Of a DNA stretch of 64,000 bases, positions 40,876 through 50,414 are shown one piece after another (the stretch's first letter is position 1; each line of letters begins with the position of its first letter). The DNA is taken from positions 4,547-68,546 of IMG/VR virus record IMGVR_UViG_3300043436_002028. One strand, given 5' to 3'. A model generated the notes under the pieces. The model made no database searches. It was not told the origin of the DNA and saw only the letters and a program-made list of their open reading frames with translations. The translations under genes and the position numbers were made by a program. Source of the DNA: a virus.

Positions 40876-43161
40876 GTGAGACAAAAACTGATAGAACTAA
40901 TTGACGCAAGAGTACAGTCTGAAATTGCACCTCAGAATCCATTAAAGTTTCTGAGTAAGCTTAAGGCTGAAAGCTATATAGATACCGTAATTTCTATAGT
41001 ATACCTATATACTAGAAAGAAACGCGGATCTGTTACAAACACCATATATCTAACTGAAGTCATTTCAGCCTTAGGCCATGGTGTTAGAAATAAATTTAAA
41101 CTTAAAAGAGACTCTGCAATAGCTGCTAAAACAGGTGCTTTTCTTTTATTTAACTTCGAAGTTTTAGAATTACTTCAAGTTGTTCTAGGTAAAGGTACTA
41201 ACGGTCATCAAAGTTATATCATACAGGTTCTTAATGATGATGCTATTTGCAAGTTATGGGAAAGTCTTCCACCAAATCAAATTGAAAAACTTCCTTCAGA
41301 GAAACCATACGCACCTTGGATTACTGCTAAACACGAATCTGGTGTGTGGTTGGTTAAAACAAGAAATAAAGATGTCTTAGATAAGCTAACAATTGACACA
41401 CACCCGATTGTATTTAGTTCTATTAATAAGTCTCAAGCAATTGGTTGGCGTATTAATAAAGAAATCTATGAAATACAACAGTGGGCTTTAAGAAATAAAA
41501 CAGAAGCTTTTTCAGATATTTGGGAAGCTCAAAATGCTGAAGCTAAAGCTACCAAACTAAGAGAAGCAAAAGCAATTGCGAGTATTGCAAAGAGGTTTGT
41601 AGACAAGACATTCTATCATCTATATTATTACGATTTTAGAGGTAGGAAATATCCAACTACAGCTTACTTGCATGAACAAGGTTCTGACTCTGCTAGAGGT
41701 TTGCTTTTAAGAGAAGACTCTAAGCCAATAGGTAAAGATGGCTTCTTCTGGCTAACAGTATCAATTGCTAATAACTGGGCAGGTGATGCTGGAAGAGAAG
41801 ATAATGCAAAGACTGATAAGATTCCTTTAAAAGACCGACATTTCTGGGTTATTGATAATGAGGACATTCTTATTTCTTATGCAGAAAAACCAAAAGTTAA
41901 TCAAGGTTGGATGAAAGCTGATAAACCTTGGCAATTTCTTGCTGCTTGTCTTGAACTGAAAAGATTCAGAGACTGGCAAATGTCTTTCTTCGATGACTAT
42001 ATTGACATTGGAATTATAGACAGTGCCTTAGAAAACTTAGGTGTAGATCCTTATGATTTCAATTCAAGTCTGGAGTGTTATATTGACGGTAGTAATAATG
42101 GTTCTCAGCACTTGTCTGCTTTGACGCGTGATGAGATAACAGCGCCACATGTTAACTTAATACCTTTAGATTTACCAGGAGATCTTTACAAATATGTTGC
42201 AGAACATGTGTGGTCTCGACTTGAAACTCATATAAAGTCAATGGACCCGACTATCGTAAAAGCTTGTGAAACTTTCATAGATAATCTTATTGAAATTAAA
42301 AAACAAATTCAGTCAGCAGAACCTAAAAGTGATGCTAGAAAGACTTTGGTAGATAACATTCTACAATTCAAGAACGATAACGCAGCTATTGCAGATATTT
42401 GTGCGCCTGTCTATTGGGCTAGAGTTGTAGATTTAAAGCACAGAAGAAAAGTTGTTAAGCGAAATGTAATGACACTGCCTTATGGTGGTACAGCTTATGG
42501 TCTAGGTCAACAACAAATTGATGATGCTCGAAAGCATGGAATTGATTTGTTACTACATATGGAACATAAGTGGGGTGCTTATCTAGGCAGAGAAGTGTTT
42601 GAAGATTGTCGTATATCTTTGAAGAGGCCAATGCAATTGCTTTCAGTATTTGAAGAGGCTGGTAGAAAAGCCGAATTAAATGGAAAGTTTCTGTCATGGA
42701 CTGTTCCCGTAACTAACTTTCCTGTAGTCCAAAGCTACACAGAAGGCATTGTTAAAAAGATATGGGTTCAGTATGGGCCTCCTGTAGGTGAAAGAAATAG
42801 CTCAGGCTATTTTGATAACACATTGCAGTTAGCTGTATGCTTTATTGAAGATGTTAAGCCATCAAAAGGTAAACAATCTCAAGGTGCTAGTCCTAATGCA
42901 ATCCATAGTTTAGATGCAGCACATCTAGCTATTACTGCAGATAGGGCAGATTTTCCAATAACTACAATTCATGACAGTTTCGGTTGTTTGCTAGCAGATA
43001 TGCCTAAATTGTTTAAATTAATTAGACAAACTTTCGTGGAGTTATACAATGCCGACCCCTTAACATCTATTATGAAAGATATTGAAGGTGATATTAGTAA
43101 CGTTCAATTTGGAAATCTAGACATCACATTAATTCTGGATTCTGAATATTGTTTTGCTTAG
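40876..43161 (+). CDS. T7-like single-subunit DNA-directed RNA polymerase (stand-alone)
   Basis: DFRGRKY, DKPWQFLA, IDGSNNGSQHL (A), RKVVKRNVMTLPYG (B), PNAIHSLDAAH, IHDSFG (C), C-terminal SEYCFA; GTG start inferred from RBS spacing. Confidence 0.95.
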   Translation: MRQKLIELIDARVQSEIAPQNPLKFLSKLKAESYIDTVISIVYLYTRKKRGSVTNTIYLTEVISALGHGVRNKFKLKRDSAIAAKTGAFLLFNFEVLELLQVVLGKGTNGHQSYIIQVLNDDAICKLWESLPPNQIEKLPSEKPYAPWITAKHESGVWLVKTRNKDVLDKLTIDTHPIVFSSINKSQAIGWRINKEIYEIQQWALRNKTEAFSDIWEAQNAEAKATKLREAKAIASIAKRFVDKTFYHLYYYDFRGRKYPTTAYLHEQGSDSARGLLLREDSKPIGKDGFFWLTVSIANNWAGDAGREDNAKTDKIPLKDRHFWVIDNEDILISYAEKPKVNQGWMKADKPWQFLAACLELKRFRDWQMSFFDDYIDIGIIDSALENLGVDPYDFNSSLECYIDGSNNGSQHLSALTRDEITAPHVNLIPLDLPGDLYKYVAEHVWSRLETHIKSMDPTIVKACETFIDNLIEIKKQIQSAEPKSDARKTLVDNILQFKNDNAAIADICAPVYWARVVDLKHRRKVVKRNVMTLPYGGTAYGLGQQQIDDARKHGIDLLLHMEHKWGAYLGREVFEDCRISLKRPMQLLSVFEEAGRKAELNGKFLSWTVPVTNFPVVQSYTEGIVKKIWVQYGPPVGERNSSGYFDNTLQLAVCFIEDVKPSKGKQSQGASPNAIHSLDAAHLAITADRADFPITTIHDSFGCLLADMPKLFKLIRQTFVELYNADPLTSIMKDIEGDISNVQFGNLDITLILDSEYCFA

Positions 43162-43170
43162 GAGATTTTA

Positions 43171-43689
43171 ATGTTACAATTCAAAAATTTTATAGAGGTT
43201 TATAACGGTTTTAAAGAAGGTAAAGTTCCTTTTTGTATTCTTCAGGAGAGTGCAAAAAGTCAAGCAAGCTTTCTAGATGGTTTTTCAGATGCTTATGATC
43301 CAAACGGTGAAATGGAGCTTCAAAAGATTATTGAAATTAAAAATAGTTTAAACACATCTGAAGAGGATTCTTTTATTTATAACTTAGGAGGTGATCTATT
43401 TATTTGTGAAACTGAAGAAGATCTTAAATCAATCGAAGGTTGTGATTTTGAATGGGCTAAAGCTCATGATGATAAGTGGCCAAATGTGACAGACAAGCCT
43501 ATGGTATGGGATCATTGTGATTATGTAAACAGAGATCCTGCTTCTGGCTGGTTTGTGTTCTTGCTTTGTTGGAATAATGCAGGTGGCCCAATTTATTATG
43601 TTCCTCAAGCTTTGTGGGAAACTGCAAGAGTTGAAGAACATCTTAAAGTACATATCGAATCTTGGAAAACAAACAGCGAGAATTATTAA
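43171..43689 (+). CDS. hypothetical protein
   Basis: RBS AGGAG; acidic and Trp-rich. Confidence 0.6.
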   Translation: MLQFKNFIEVYNGFKEGKVPFCILQESAKSQASFLDGFSDAYDPNGEMELQKIIEIKNSLNTSEEDSFIYNLGGDLFICETEEDLKSIEGCDFEWAKAHDDKWPNVTDKPMVWDHCDYVNRDPASGWFVFLLCWNNAGGPIYYVPQALWETARVEEHLKVHIESWKTNSENY

Positions 43690-43889
43690 TGCTAATTACC
43701 CGAAAAAGTATTTTTACTGGAATTGAAAGAACTCTTGATATTCCAATTACACAACAGCAGTTTGACGACTGGTCTAAAGGAATGCTAATACAAGAAGCTA
43801 TGCCAAATATTACTGGTGATCAAAGAGAATTTATTTTAACCGGCTGTACTCCAGATGAATGGGATGAAGCCTTTAAAGAGGAAACTTAA
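43689..43889 (+). CDS. conserved small phage protein
   Basis: KS..TG..RT.D......W..G.LIQ.AMP.....REFI.TG.TP.EW pattern. Confidence 0.7.
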   Translation: MLITRKSIFTGIERTLDIPITQQQFDDWSKGMLIQEAMPNITGDQREFILTGCTPDEWDEAFKEET

Positions 43890-43890
43890 A

Positions 43891-44244
43891 ATGAGTCAAG
43901 TAACTTATAACAACCCCGTAACAATGGAAAAAGGAATTAATACCATGAAAATGATTATTCAAATTGATAGAAGCAGCAATTTGTGCTTTGATTTTGATCC
44001 TAACTTGGCTGATGTGTTGCTTGAAAGTCAGCTTGTTAGCCTTGACTTCGATTGGAATGGAGAACTCAAAAAAGTACAAGTTCAAGAATTTAAACCTAAA
44101 ATTATTTTAATTAAAGAGTCTCAGATTGAGCCACAAAAAGTCGATACGAACAAGCAACTAAAAGAAATGGAACAACATAAGCAGAAAGCTCTTGCGGAAG
44201 CTGCAGCTATTGAAAAAGAAATGGAACAGTTGCGTAGCATCTGA
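43891..44244 (+). CDS. hypothetical protein
   Basis: RBS GAGG; C-terminal coiled coil. Confidence 0.55.
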   Translation: MSQVTYNNPVTMEKGINTMKMIIQIDRSSNLCFDFDPNLADVLLESQLVSLDFDWNGELKKVQVQEFKPKIILIKESQIEPQKVDTNKQLKEMEQHKQKALAEAAAIEKEMEQLRSI

Positions 44245-44245
44245 A

Positions 44246-44261
44246 CCCGTTAAATTAACCC
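44246..44261 (+). promoter_or_regulatory. motif A copy 3
   Basis: Exact CCCGTTAAATTAACCC upstream of the SSB/replication operon; overlaps hairpin ACCCTCT...AGAGGGT. Confidence 0.7.
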
Positions 44262-44302
44262 TCTGATGAGTAGAGGGTATTTCAGTAAACTAAGGAAAGA
44301 AA

Positions 44303-44800
44303 ATGCCTATCATTAAAGACTGTGAACTTTGGTTTCTTCAGGTTAACCCGAAGCGTCCTAATAAAACTTTTAATCCAGAAAACCCAACCTGGGAATGTCA
44401 GATTCGCACTCAAGACAAAGCTGTGAAGAAGATGTGGGAAGAAATGCATTTGCCTGTTAAGGCTATTGTTCCTGACGAAGGTGCGCCTTACTTTAGGGTG
44501 AATCTTCGAAAGAAAACAATCAAGAGCGATGGTGAAAAAGCAACTCCAGTTAAAATTATTAATGGAGAGCTTGAAGAAATCGATCCTGATACTGTTGGCA
44601 ATGGCTCTATCGGTAATGTTCGTATCTTCCAATATGAATATAGTAAAGGTGGCATGAAGAGCATGGCAAGTGTGCTCATGGGTATTCAAGTTACCAAACA
44701 CGTCATGTACAAGCGGAAAGCTCGTGATGACGATTTCCAAATGACTGAAACGGAGACCGTGGGTGAAGACAACGCCGAAATGGGCGATGACGCATTCTAA
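44303..44800 (+). CDS. single-stranded DNA-binding protein (T7 gp2.5-like)
   Basis: VGNGS.GNV...Y......L.GIQV pattern; acidic tail ending in Phe. Confidence 0.8.
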   Translation: MPIIKDCELWFLQVNPKRPNKTFNPENPTWECQIRTQDKAVKKMWEEMHLPVKAIVPDEGAPYFRVNLRKKTIKSDGEKATPVKIINGELEEIDPDTVGNGSIGNVRIFQYEYSKGGMKSMASVLMGIQVTKHVMYKRKARDDDFQMTETETVGEDNAEMGDDAF

Positions 44801-44808
44801 GTAAGTAC

Positions 44809-44838
44809 AAGGGCTATCTCTTAAAGGGATAGCCCTTT
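44809..44838 (+). terminator. terminator-like hairpin
   Basis: AAGGGCTATCTC-TTAAA-GGGATAGCCCTT with a short T run. Confidence 0.6.
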
Positions 44839-44859
44839 AAATTCTTGAAAAGGACAAAC

Positions 44860-45468
44860 ATGCTGTACACATATACTTGCTACACACGAGATGATGTAGG
44901 AACACCTGTTAGAAAAGATATAACTACTAGGTTTGAAGAAATTAAAGAAGCCGATGTCGTTGCACCAAATTATGTAGATATTTACAATAATCAGAAAATG
45001 CAACATGTCAGACTTCTTAGCAATCTTGATGACTTTGAAAATTGGCAAATTACTCTTGAGCGAGTAGCTACTTGGAAACCTGAAAAGCCTTCTCAAGACT
45101 TGCCTGACGCTAATTTGAAAACTCGTGTAGCTATTAATAAACCTACTCTATCTGCAATTCCACCCGTTGCTATTTATGCATTAGGTGCTGCTATGCAAGA
45201 TGGTGTAAATAAATACGAGAAATATAATTGGCGTGATGCTGGCGCAACATCGTCTATTTTCTTTGATGCTATGTGCAGACATTTGTTTGCCTGGTATGCT
45301 GGAGAAGATCATGCAACTGATAGTAAGATACACCATCTCGGTCATTTAATGGCTGGTTGTGCTATTATCATGGATGCAGAGCTGCATGGTAAGTTAAACG
45401 ACGATCGTAAGGCATCTGATATAGAAGAGCCTATTAAAGCTTTTATGGAATATATTAAAGGAAAATAA
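44860..45468 (+). CDS. dATP/dGTP diphosphohydrolase-domain protein (DUF5664 type)
   Basis: K..L..IP..A...L..AM..G..KY..YNWR...DA..RHL..W..GED...DS..HHL.H. Confidence 0.8.
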   Translation: MLYTYTCYTRDDVGTPVRKDITTRFEEIKEADVVAPNYVDIYNNQKMQHVRLLSNLDDFENWQITLERVATWKPEKPSQDLPDANLKTRVAINKPTLSAIPPVAIYALGAAMQDGVNKYEKYNWRDAGATSSIFFDAMCRHLFAWYAGEDHATDSKIHHLGHLMAGCAIIMDAELHGKLNDDRKASDIEEPIKAFMEYIKGK

Positions 45469-47361
45469 ATGTCTAGATGGCTATTCGACATTGAAACTGA
45501 CGGATTGCTGCAAAAATGTTCTAGAATGTGGATTCTTGCCGCCTATAATCTTGATACTAAAGAAATGAAGTATTGGTTAGAAGGAGATTTAGGTTGGCAA
45601 GAAGAGTTTAGTAAAGCAAAGTTAATTGTAGGCCATAATATTCTTGGCTTTGACGTATTTGTTCTTAAGAAGCTTTTTAATTTTGACTTTCCAAAAACTT
45701 GTAATTTTCACGATACACTCTTAATGTCTCAAATTCTTAATTATAAAAGATTTAAGAATGACGGACATAGTCTTGAAAGGTGGGGTATTGCATTAGGTGT
45801 TGAAAAACACGACTTCAACGATTGGTCTAAGCTTAGTCAAGAAATGATTGACTATTGTTTACAAGACGTTAAAGTAAATATTGAAGTCTATAAAGTACTC
45901 TTAGGAGAACTTACAAGACTTGCCGAGAAGAGCCCACCTATTAAAGATTATCTTAGAGCTGAACATGCTGCCGCTAAATGGTGTACATCTGCTAGTTTAC
46001 ATGGTTGGCCTTTTGATTTAGAAAAAGCAAGAGAGCTTTATACTAAATTAGAGGCTTCTATGCAAAAAGCGTATGATGCACTGTCAGAAAGATTAGGAAC
46101 GAAAACAGTTGCTGTAGATTTAAAGAAGGGTATTGTAGAAGTTAAAAAGCCTAAGTGGACAAAGCAAGGCTTTTATGATGCACATACTGCCAATTGGTTT
46201 GGTATTGATCCTTGCTCTGGCTATGAGGGTGAAGAAAGACCAATTGCAGGTGAATACTGCAGAGTAGAGTTTGTAAAGCTGTCTTTAGATTCTGTTGCTG
46301 ATGTAAAGTTATTTCTTTACAGAAACGGTTGGTCTCCAACTGAATGGAATTATAAGATAAATCCTGAAACAGGAAAGAAAGAAAAAGGCTCTCCTAAGAT
46401 TACTGAAGATAGTCTTGAATTTCTAGGTGGTGATGGTAAACTTTATACAGACTTTTTAACTGCAAAATCTAGACTTGGTATCCTCAAAACTTGGATTGAA
46501 AATACTGATGCTAACGGTATGTTACATGGTGATATGATGTTAATAGGCACGCCAAGTATGCGTGCAAGGCATAGTATCATCGTTAATGTTCCTGCAGCTG
46601 ATAGTGCTTGGGGTCCAGAAATGAGAGCTTTGTTTACTTGTAAGCCAGGATGGAAACTTATCGGTTGCGATTCATCTGGTAATCAAGCAAGAGGTTTAGC
46701 TCATTATCTAAAAGACGAAGAGTTTATTGAAACACTTCTTCATGGAGATATTCACCAATATAATGCTAATGTTCTTACGGATGTTATCAATAAGATTGGA
46801 CTAAAAGAGCAAAATCTTGAGTTGATTAATTTCACAGTAAAGCGAGCACAAGCTAAGAGAGTTTTGTATGCTTTCTTATTTGGTGCTTCTGGTGCTAAAT
46901 TGTGGAGTTATGTGTTTGGTGTTCTTGATGATTCTCTTGGTAAGCGTCTCAAGTCTGGTTTCTTGAAGGCTGTGCCTGGATTTAAAGCATTGTTAGAAAA
47001 GCTTGAAAATATTTATGGCAAGACTTCGCAAGAAGGAGATGGCTATATTCCATCAATTGCAGGTAACAGGCTTTATGTAGACTCTTTTCACAAACTTCTT
47101 GTATACTTACTGCAATCTACAGAGAAAGTTACCTGTAGTGCAGCCTTAATGCTTACTGCAGAACAGCTAGACAAAGAAAATATCCCATATATTCCTTGTA
47201 TTTATTATCATGACGAAATTGATTTTCAAGTTCCTGAAGAGTTTGCAGAAAGAGCTGCTGAAATAGGTAAAAATGCTTTTGCAGAAGGTCCAAAACTATT
47301 TGGCATTACTATTATGGGTGGTGATGCTAAAATTGGTAAAGACTGGTATGAAGTACACTAA
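45469..47361 (+). CDS. polA: DNA polymerase, family A (T7 gp5-like)
   Basis: Exo motifs FDIETDGL, GHN..GFD, YC.QDV; pol motifs GCDSSGNQAR, R.QAK...YAFLFG, HDE. Confidence 0.95.
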   Translation: MSRWLFDIETDGLLQKCSRMWILAAYNLDTKEMKYWLEGDLGWQEEFSKAKLIVGHNILGFDVFVLKKLFNFDFPKTCNFHDTLLMSQILNYKRFKNDGHSLERWGIALGVEKHDFNDWSKLSQEMIDYCLQDVKVNIEVYKVLLGELTRLAEKSPPIKDYLRAEHAAAKWCTSASLHGWPFDLEKARELYTKLEASMQKAYDALSERLGTKTVAVDLKKGIVEVKKPKWTKQGFYDAHTANWFGIDPCSGYEGEERPIAGEYCRVEFVKLSLDSVADVKLFLYRNGWSPTEWNYKINPETGKKEKGSPKITEDSLEFLGGDGKLYTDFLTAKSRLGILKTWIENTDANGMLHGDMMLIGTPSMRARHSIIVNVPAADSAWGPEMRALFTCKPGWKLIGCDSSGNQARGLAHYLKDEEFIETLLHGDIHQYNANVLTDVINKIGLKEQNLELINFTVKRAQAKRVLYAFLFGASGAKLWSYVFGVLDDSLGKRLKSGFLKAVPGFKALLEKLENIYGKTSQEGDGYIPSIAGNRLYVDSFHKLLVYLLQSTEKVTCSAALMLTAEQLDKENIPYIPCIYYHDEIDFQVPEEFAERAAEIGKNAFAEGPKLFGITIMGGDAKIGKDWYEVH

Positions 47362-47437
47362 ATGTTCTTCGTTCTGTCATCAAAATGAACTCTGTCATAT
47401 TACAGAGACTGGTGTATGTGATTATTTGGAGAAAGAA

Positions 47438-47650
47438 ATGTACGGAATTCAAGTTGTATTTAATGAACGCGGTTATTGGTCAAAAGCCTACACTTATATT
47501 TCTGAAACACCAATTTCGAAAGGCGCTATTGTAGTCGTACCTACAAATACCTTTTACGGCGTTGGTAAGGTAACAGATAGTATTAAAGATTATGCGTTTA
47601 AACCTAATATTACATATAAGCAAATCCTTAAAGTATTGGATGTGCTATGA
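47438..47650 (+). CDS. hypothetical protein
   Basis: RBS GGAG; K.YTY.......G..VVVP motif; start uncertain. Confidence 0.55.
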   Translation: MYGIQVVFNERGYWSKAYTYISETPISKGAIVVVPTNTFYGVGKVTDSIKDYAFKPNITYKQILKVLDVL

Positions 47651-48111
47651 ATATTTTTGTACTAGACAAAGATCCTTACAGAGCTGCAGAAATGCTGTGT
47701 GATAAACATGTTGTTAAAATGTGTTTAGAAACAGCTCAAATACTGTCTACGATAAACGATGGACCGTATAAACCTACTCACATGAAACACCCATGTACTT
47801 TGTGGGCAGGTGAATTTATGGGAAACTATAGATGGCTTGTCGCTCATGGTAAAGGTATTGCAATGGAATACGAACATCGATATGGCAAACGACACAAGAG
47901 TGAAGAAATAATTTATGCTCTTGATTGGCCTTTAAAGCTTTTGCCAGAAGGTCATTCCGATTTTGCACTAGCAATGCCTGATCAATATAAAACAAAAGAT
48001 GCAGTTGAGTCATATAGAAATTACTATATGAGTAAGAAAGACTTTTGTAATTGGACGAATAGAGAAATTCCTGAATGGTTCTTGGAGAAATTAGATGTTT
48101 CATGTGCCTGA
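47647..48111 (+). CDS. pyrimidine-dimer DNA glycosylase family (DenV-like)
   Basis: MNIF.LD.DP..AA...CDKHVVKM.LE.AQ.LST...YK.TH..HPC..W. Confidence 0.75.
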   Translation: MNIFVLDKDPYRAAEMLCDKHVVKMCLETAQILSTINDGPYKPTHMKHPCTLWAGEFMGNYRWLVAHGKGIAMEYEHRYGKRHKSEEIIYALDWPLKLLPEGHSDFALAMPDQYKTKDAVESYRNYYMSKKDFCNWTNREIPEWFLEKLDVSCA

Positions 48112-48448
48112 AAAGTATAGAGTAAAAACTGGACCTCTAGGTAGTAACGAGCTTATGCGTAATAATGGATCTTTTGTAATTCCAATTAAACTGAATAATG
48201 TTAAACAAACACTGTTTACAATTGCTTCAGATGAAATGGACTGGGAGCACGTTAGCGTAAGTCGAAACGATAGATGTCCAACATGGGAAGAAATGTGCAT
48301 TATTAAAGAAATATTCTGGGATAAAAACGACTGTGTTATTCAGTATCATCCGCCAGAAAGTGACTATGTAAATAATCATCCAAATTGTTTACATTTGTGG
48401 CGACCTTCCAAAGTCGCTATTCCTCAACCACCCATAATTATGGTTTAA
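48095..48448 (+). CDS. conserved phage protein
   Basis: WEHVSVS...RCPTWEEMC..K..FW....V.Q.HP....YVN.HP.CLHLW motif. Confidence 0.7.
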   Translation: MFHVPEKYRVKTGPLGSNELMRNNGSFVIPIKLNNVKQTLFTIASDEMDWEHVSVSRNDRCPTWEEMCIIKEIFWDKNDCVIQYHPPESDYVNNHPNCLHLWRPSKVAIPQPPIIMV

Positions 48449-48451
48449 TCT

Positions 48452-48739
48452 ATGAATAAAAAAGAGTACTTGCTTGTGTGTTTAATGGAAGAGCTTGCGG
48501 AGCTTCAACAAGAAGTTTCCAAAGTTTTGCGATTTACAGCAGATGATATACATCCTGAAAAAGACGAATCAAATCTAGAAAGTGTTTGTAGAGAATGGTC
48601 TGATGTAACAGCAATTCTAGAACTACTTGATGAAGAAGGTCTTGTTATTAACCATGAGAATGAACTCATTGATGCTAAGATTAGAAAACTTGAGCAATAC
48701 ATGGAACACTCTCGCAGGCTAGGGACTTTAGATGACTAA
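48452..48739 (+). CDS. MazG-like nucleotide pyrophosphohydrolase
   Basis: EE.AEL.Q..SK..RF...E..D motif. Confidence 0.65.
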   Translation: MNKKEYLLVCLMEELAELQQEVSKVLRFTADDIHPEKDESNLESVCREWSDVTAILELLDEEGLVINHENELIDAKIRKLEQYMEHSRRLGTLDD

Positions 48740-49550
48740 AATTGCAATTATTGACGGTGATGTACTTTGCTATCAAGCTTGTAAGCCTAGATGGGAAAAG
48801 AAAGCTAAAATTCAAGATGGTGTTTCCTTTGTCAGTTTAGATGATGCAGGTAAAAGACTAGCTTTTGAATATACTGAAGAAGAAAATAAGGAGTATCTTG
48901 AGGAATCTTGGAAGAACTTGAAAAAAGATCTTTTCAATCTTTTAGACACTGTCTATTGCGATGATTATATCATGGCCGTAAAAGGCGATGGCAATTTCAG
49001 AAGCATGATGTATCCTGAGTATAAGCTTAATCGACACGCAGATCCAAATAAACAAAATTTATTTGTACCTGTTCTCAGAAAGCTTGCAGTATCTGAAAAC
49101 TTGGCAATACCATCTGATGGCTGTGAAGCTGACGATCTTATTAGGATTTGGGCTGAGCAAGCGAGAAAGTTCGATCAAGAGTATATTATCTGTTCTATCG
49201 ATAAAGATCTTAAATGTATTCCAGGTAAACATTGGCTTATGCATAAAAAGATCCTGATTGATGTTTCAGAAGCTGATGCTATGAGACACTATTATGAACA
49301 GCTTTTAAAAGGTGATCCAACTGACAACATTCCTGGAGTGCCACGTGTTGGCGAGGTAAAGGCTTCTAAGATTTTAGCACCGCTTACAACGGAAGCTGAA
49401 TTTCAAGAAGCTGTTGTTTCAGAATATATTAACGCCTATGGAGATGAATGGAAAGAGTATTTGCTATCAAATGCTAAAATGATTCATCTTCAACGACATC
49501 CTACAGACTATTTTAGCTTTGACGAATGGCCAATTATAAAGGAATTATAA
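48732..49550 (+). CDS. 5'-3' exonuclease (T7 gp6/FEN-like)
   Basis: IDGD, YK.NR, EADD, SIDKDL, GD.TDNIPG...VG. Confidence 0.9.
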   Translation: MTKIAIIDGDVLCYQACKPRWEKKAKIQDGVSFVSLDDAGKRLAFEYTEEENKEYLEESWKNLKKDLFNLLDTVYCDDYIMAVKGDGNFRSMMYPEYKLNRHADPNKQNLFVPVLRKLAVSENLAIPSDGCEADDLIRIWAEQARKFDQEYIICSIDKDLKCIPGKHWLMHKKILIDVSEADAMRHYYEQLLKGDPTDNIPGVPRVGEVKASKILAPLTTEAEFQEAVVSEYINAYGDEWKEYLLSNAKMIHLQRHPTDYFSFDEWPIIKEL

Positions 49551-49811
49551 ATGAAAGACTTAAAACCATGTCCATTTTGTGGTAGTCATAATATTGATTT
49601 GCTAGATTATGAAAACCGTATAGCTGATAACGGCCATTGGACAATTCGTTGTTATTCGTGTAATGTAGAAATGTCTGAAGCGTATTTACTTGGTAACTAT
49701 GGAAAAGGAGACAAAGAACCTATGTTAACTCACATAAAAAGTAAATGGAACAGACGACATGAAGTTCGAAGGCACACTCCCCACTCTTACAAAGAGTGTT
49801 GTAACGACTAA
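49551..49811 (+). CDS. Lar-like zinc-ribbon protein (restriction alleviation family)
   Basis: LKPCPFCG...I.C..C...WNRR. Confidence 0.7.
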   Translation: MKDLKPCPFCGSHNIDLLDYENRIADNGHWTIRCYSCNVEMSEAYLLGNYGKGDKEPMLTHIKSKWNRRHEVRRHTPHSYKECCND

Positions 49812-50250
49812 GAAAACAAAGTTTGATAACGGACATTGGCATTTTCCTGAACAGATGTGTGTCGGTGTTGGTTTCATTTATGTTATTCGAGACAATGTTC
49901 TTGAAAGATTATACCTTGGCAAGAAATCTTATTTTGGTGCAGGCAAGTTAAACAAAGGTAAAGAGTCAGATTGGAAAAAATATGCTTCATCTTCTAAAGT
50001 TTTAAAAGAACTTTATAAGCATAGACCAAAAGAAGAATTTGATTTTATTTGTTTAGAGCAATATAAAACAAAGGGCACTTTATCTTATGCTGAAACTTGG
50101 AGCCTCTGTCTTGTTGAAGCACCAACCAGTAATGTATGGTACAATACACTAATTGAAAAAGTTTCCTGGCCAGTAAAAGAACCTGTTTCAGAAAGACATA
50201 AAGATCGTTTAAAACGTGTAATGAATTGGGAAAGGTTTGATGAAATATGA
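49759..50250 (+). CDS. GIY-YIG family endonuclease
   Basis: GFIY.I......R.Y.GKK...W..Y.SSS...E...YN. Confidence 0.7.
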   Translation: MKFEGTLPTLTKSVVTTKKTKFDNGHWHFPEQMCVGVGFIYVIRDNVLERLYLGKKSYFGAGKLNKGKESDWKKYASSSKVLKELYKHRPKEEFDFICLEQYKTKGTLSYAETWSLCLVEAPTSNVWYNTLIEKVSWPVKEPVSERHKDRLKRVMNWERFDEI

Positions 50251-50414
50251 ATAAACTTTCAAGTATAGCAGCTTTTTTATTTGCACTAACGGCACTATTT
50301 ATTGTAAGCTACTTGCTTGTCGATATCGTGCATAGAGCCGAGTTTACAAATCCTGATTTGATTATCAGTGCAATTTGTTGTAGTGTTATTGCAACTACAT
50401 TATCTAAAAAGTAA
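50247..50414 (+). CDS. small membrane protein (55 aa; not in ORF track)
   Basis: Two hydrophobic segments; fills the gap with coupled start and stop. Confidence 0.5.
   Translation: MNKLSSIAAFLFALTALFIVSYLLVDIVHRAEFTNPDLIISAICCSVIATTLSKK

Noticed and set aside
44860-47361. Z-genome (2-aminoadenine) pathway
   Set aside because: No PurZ-like gene in the window; the diphosphohydrolase domain alone is insufficient evidence.
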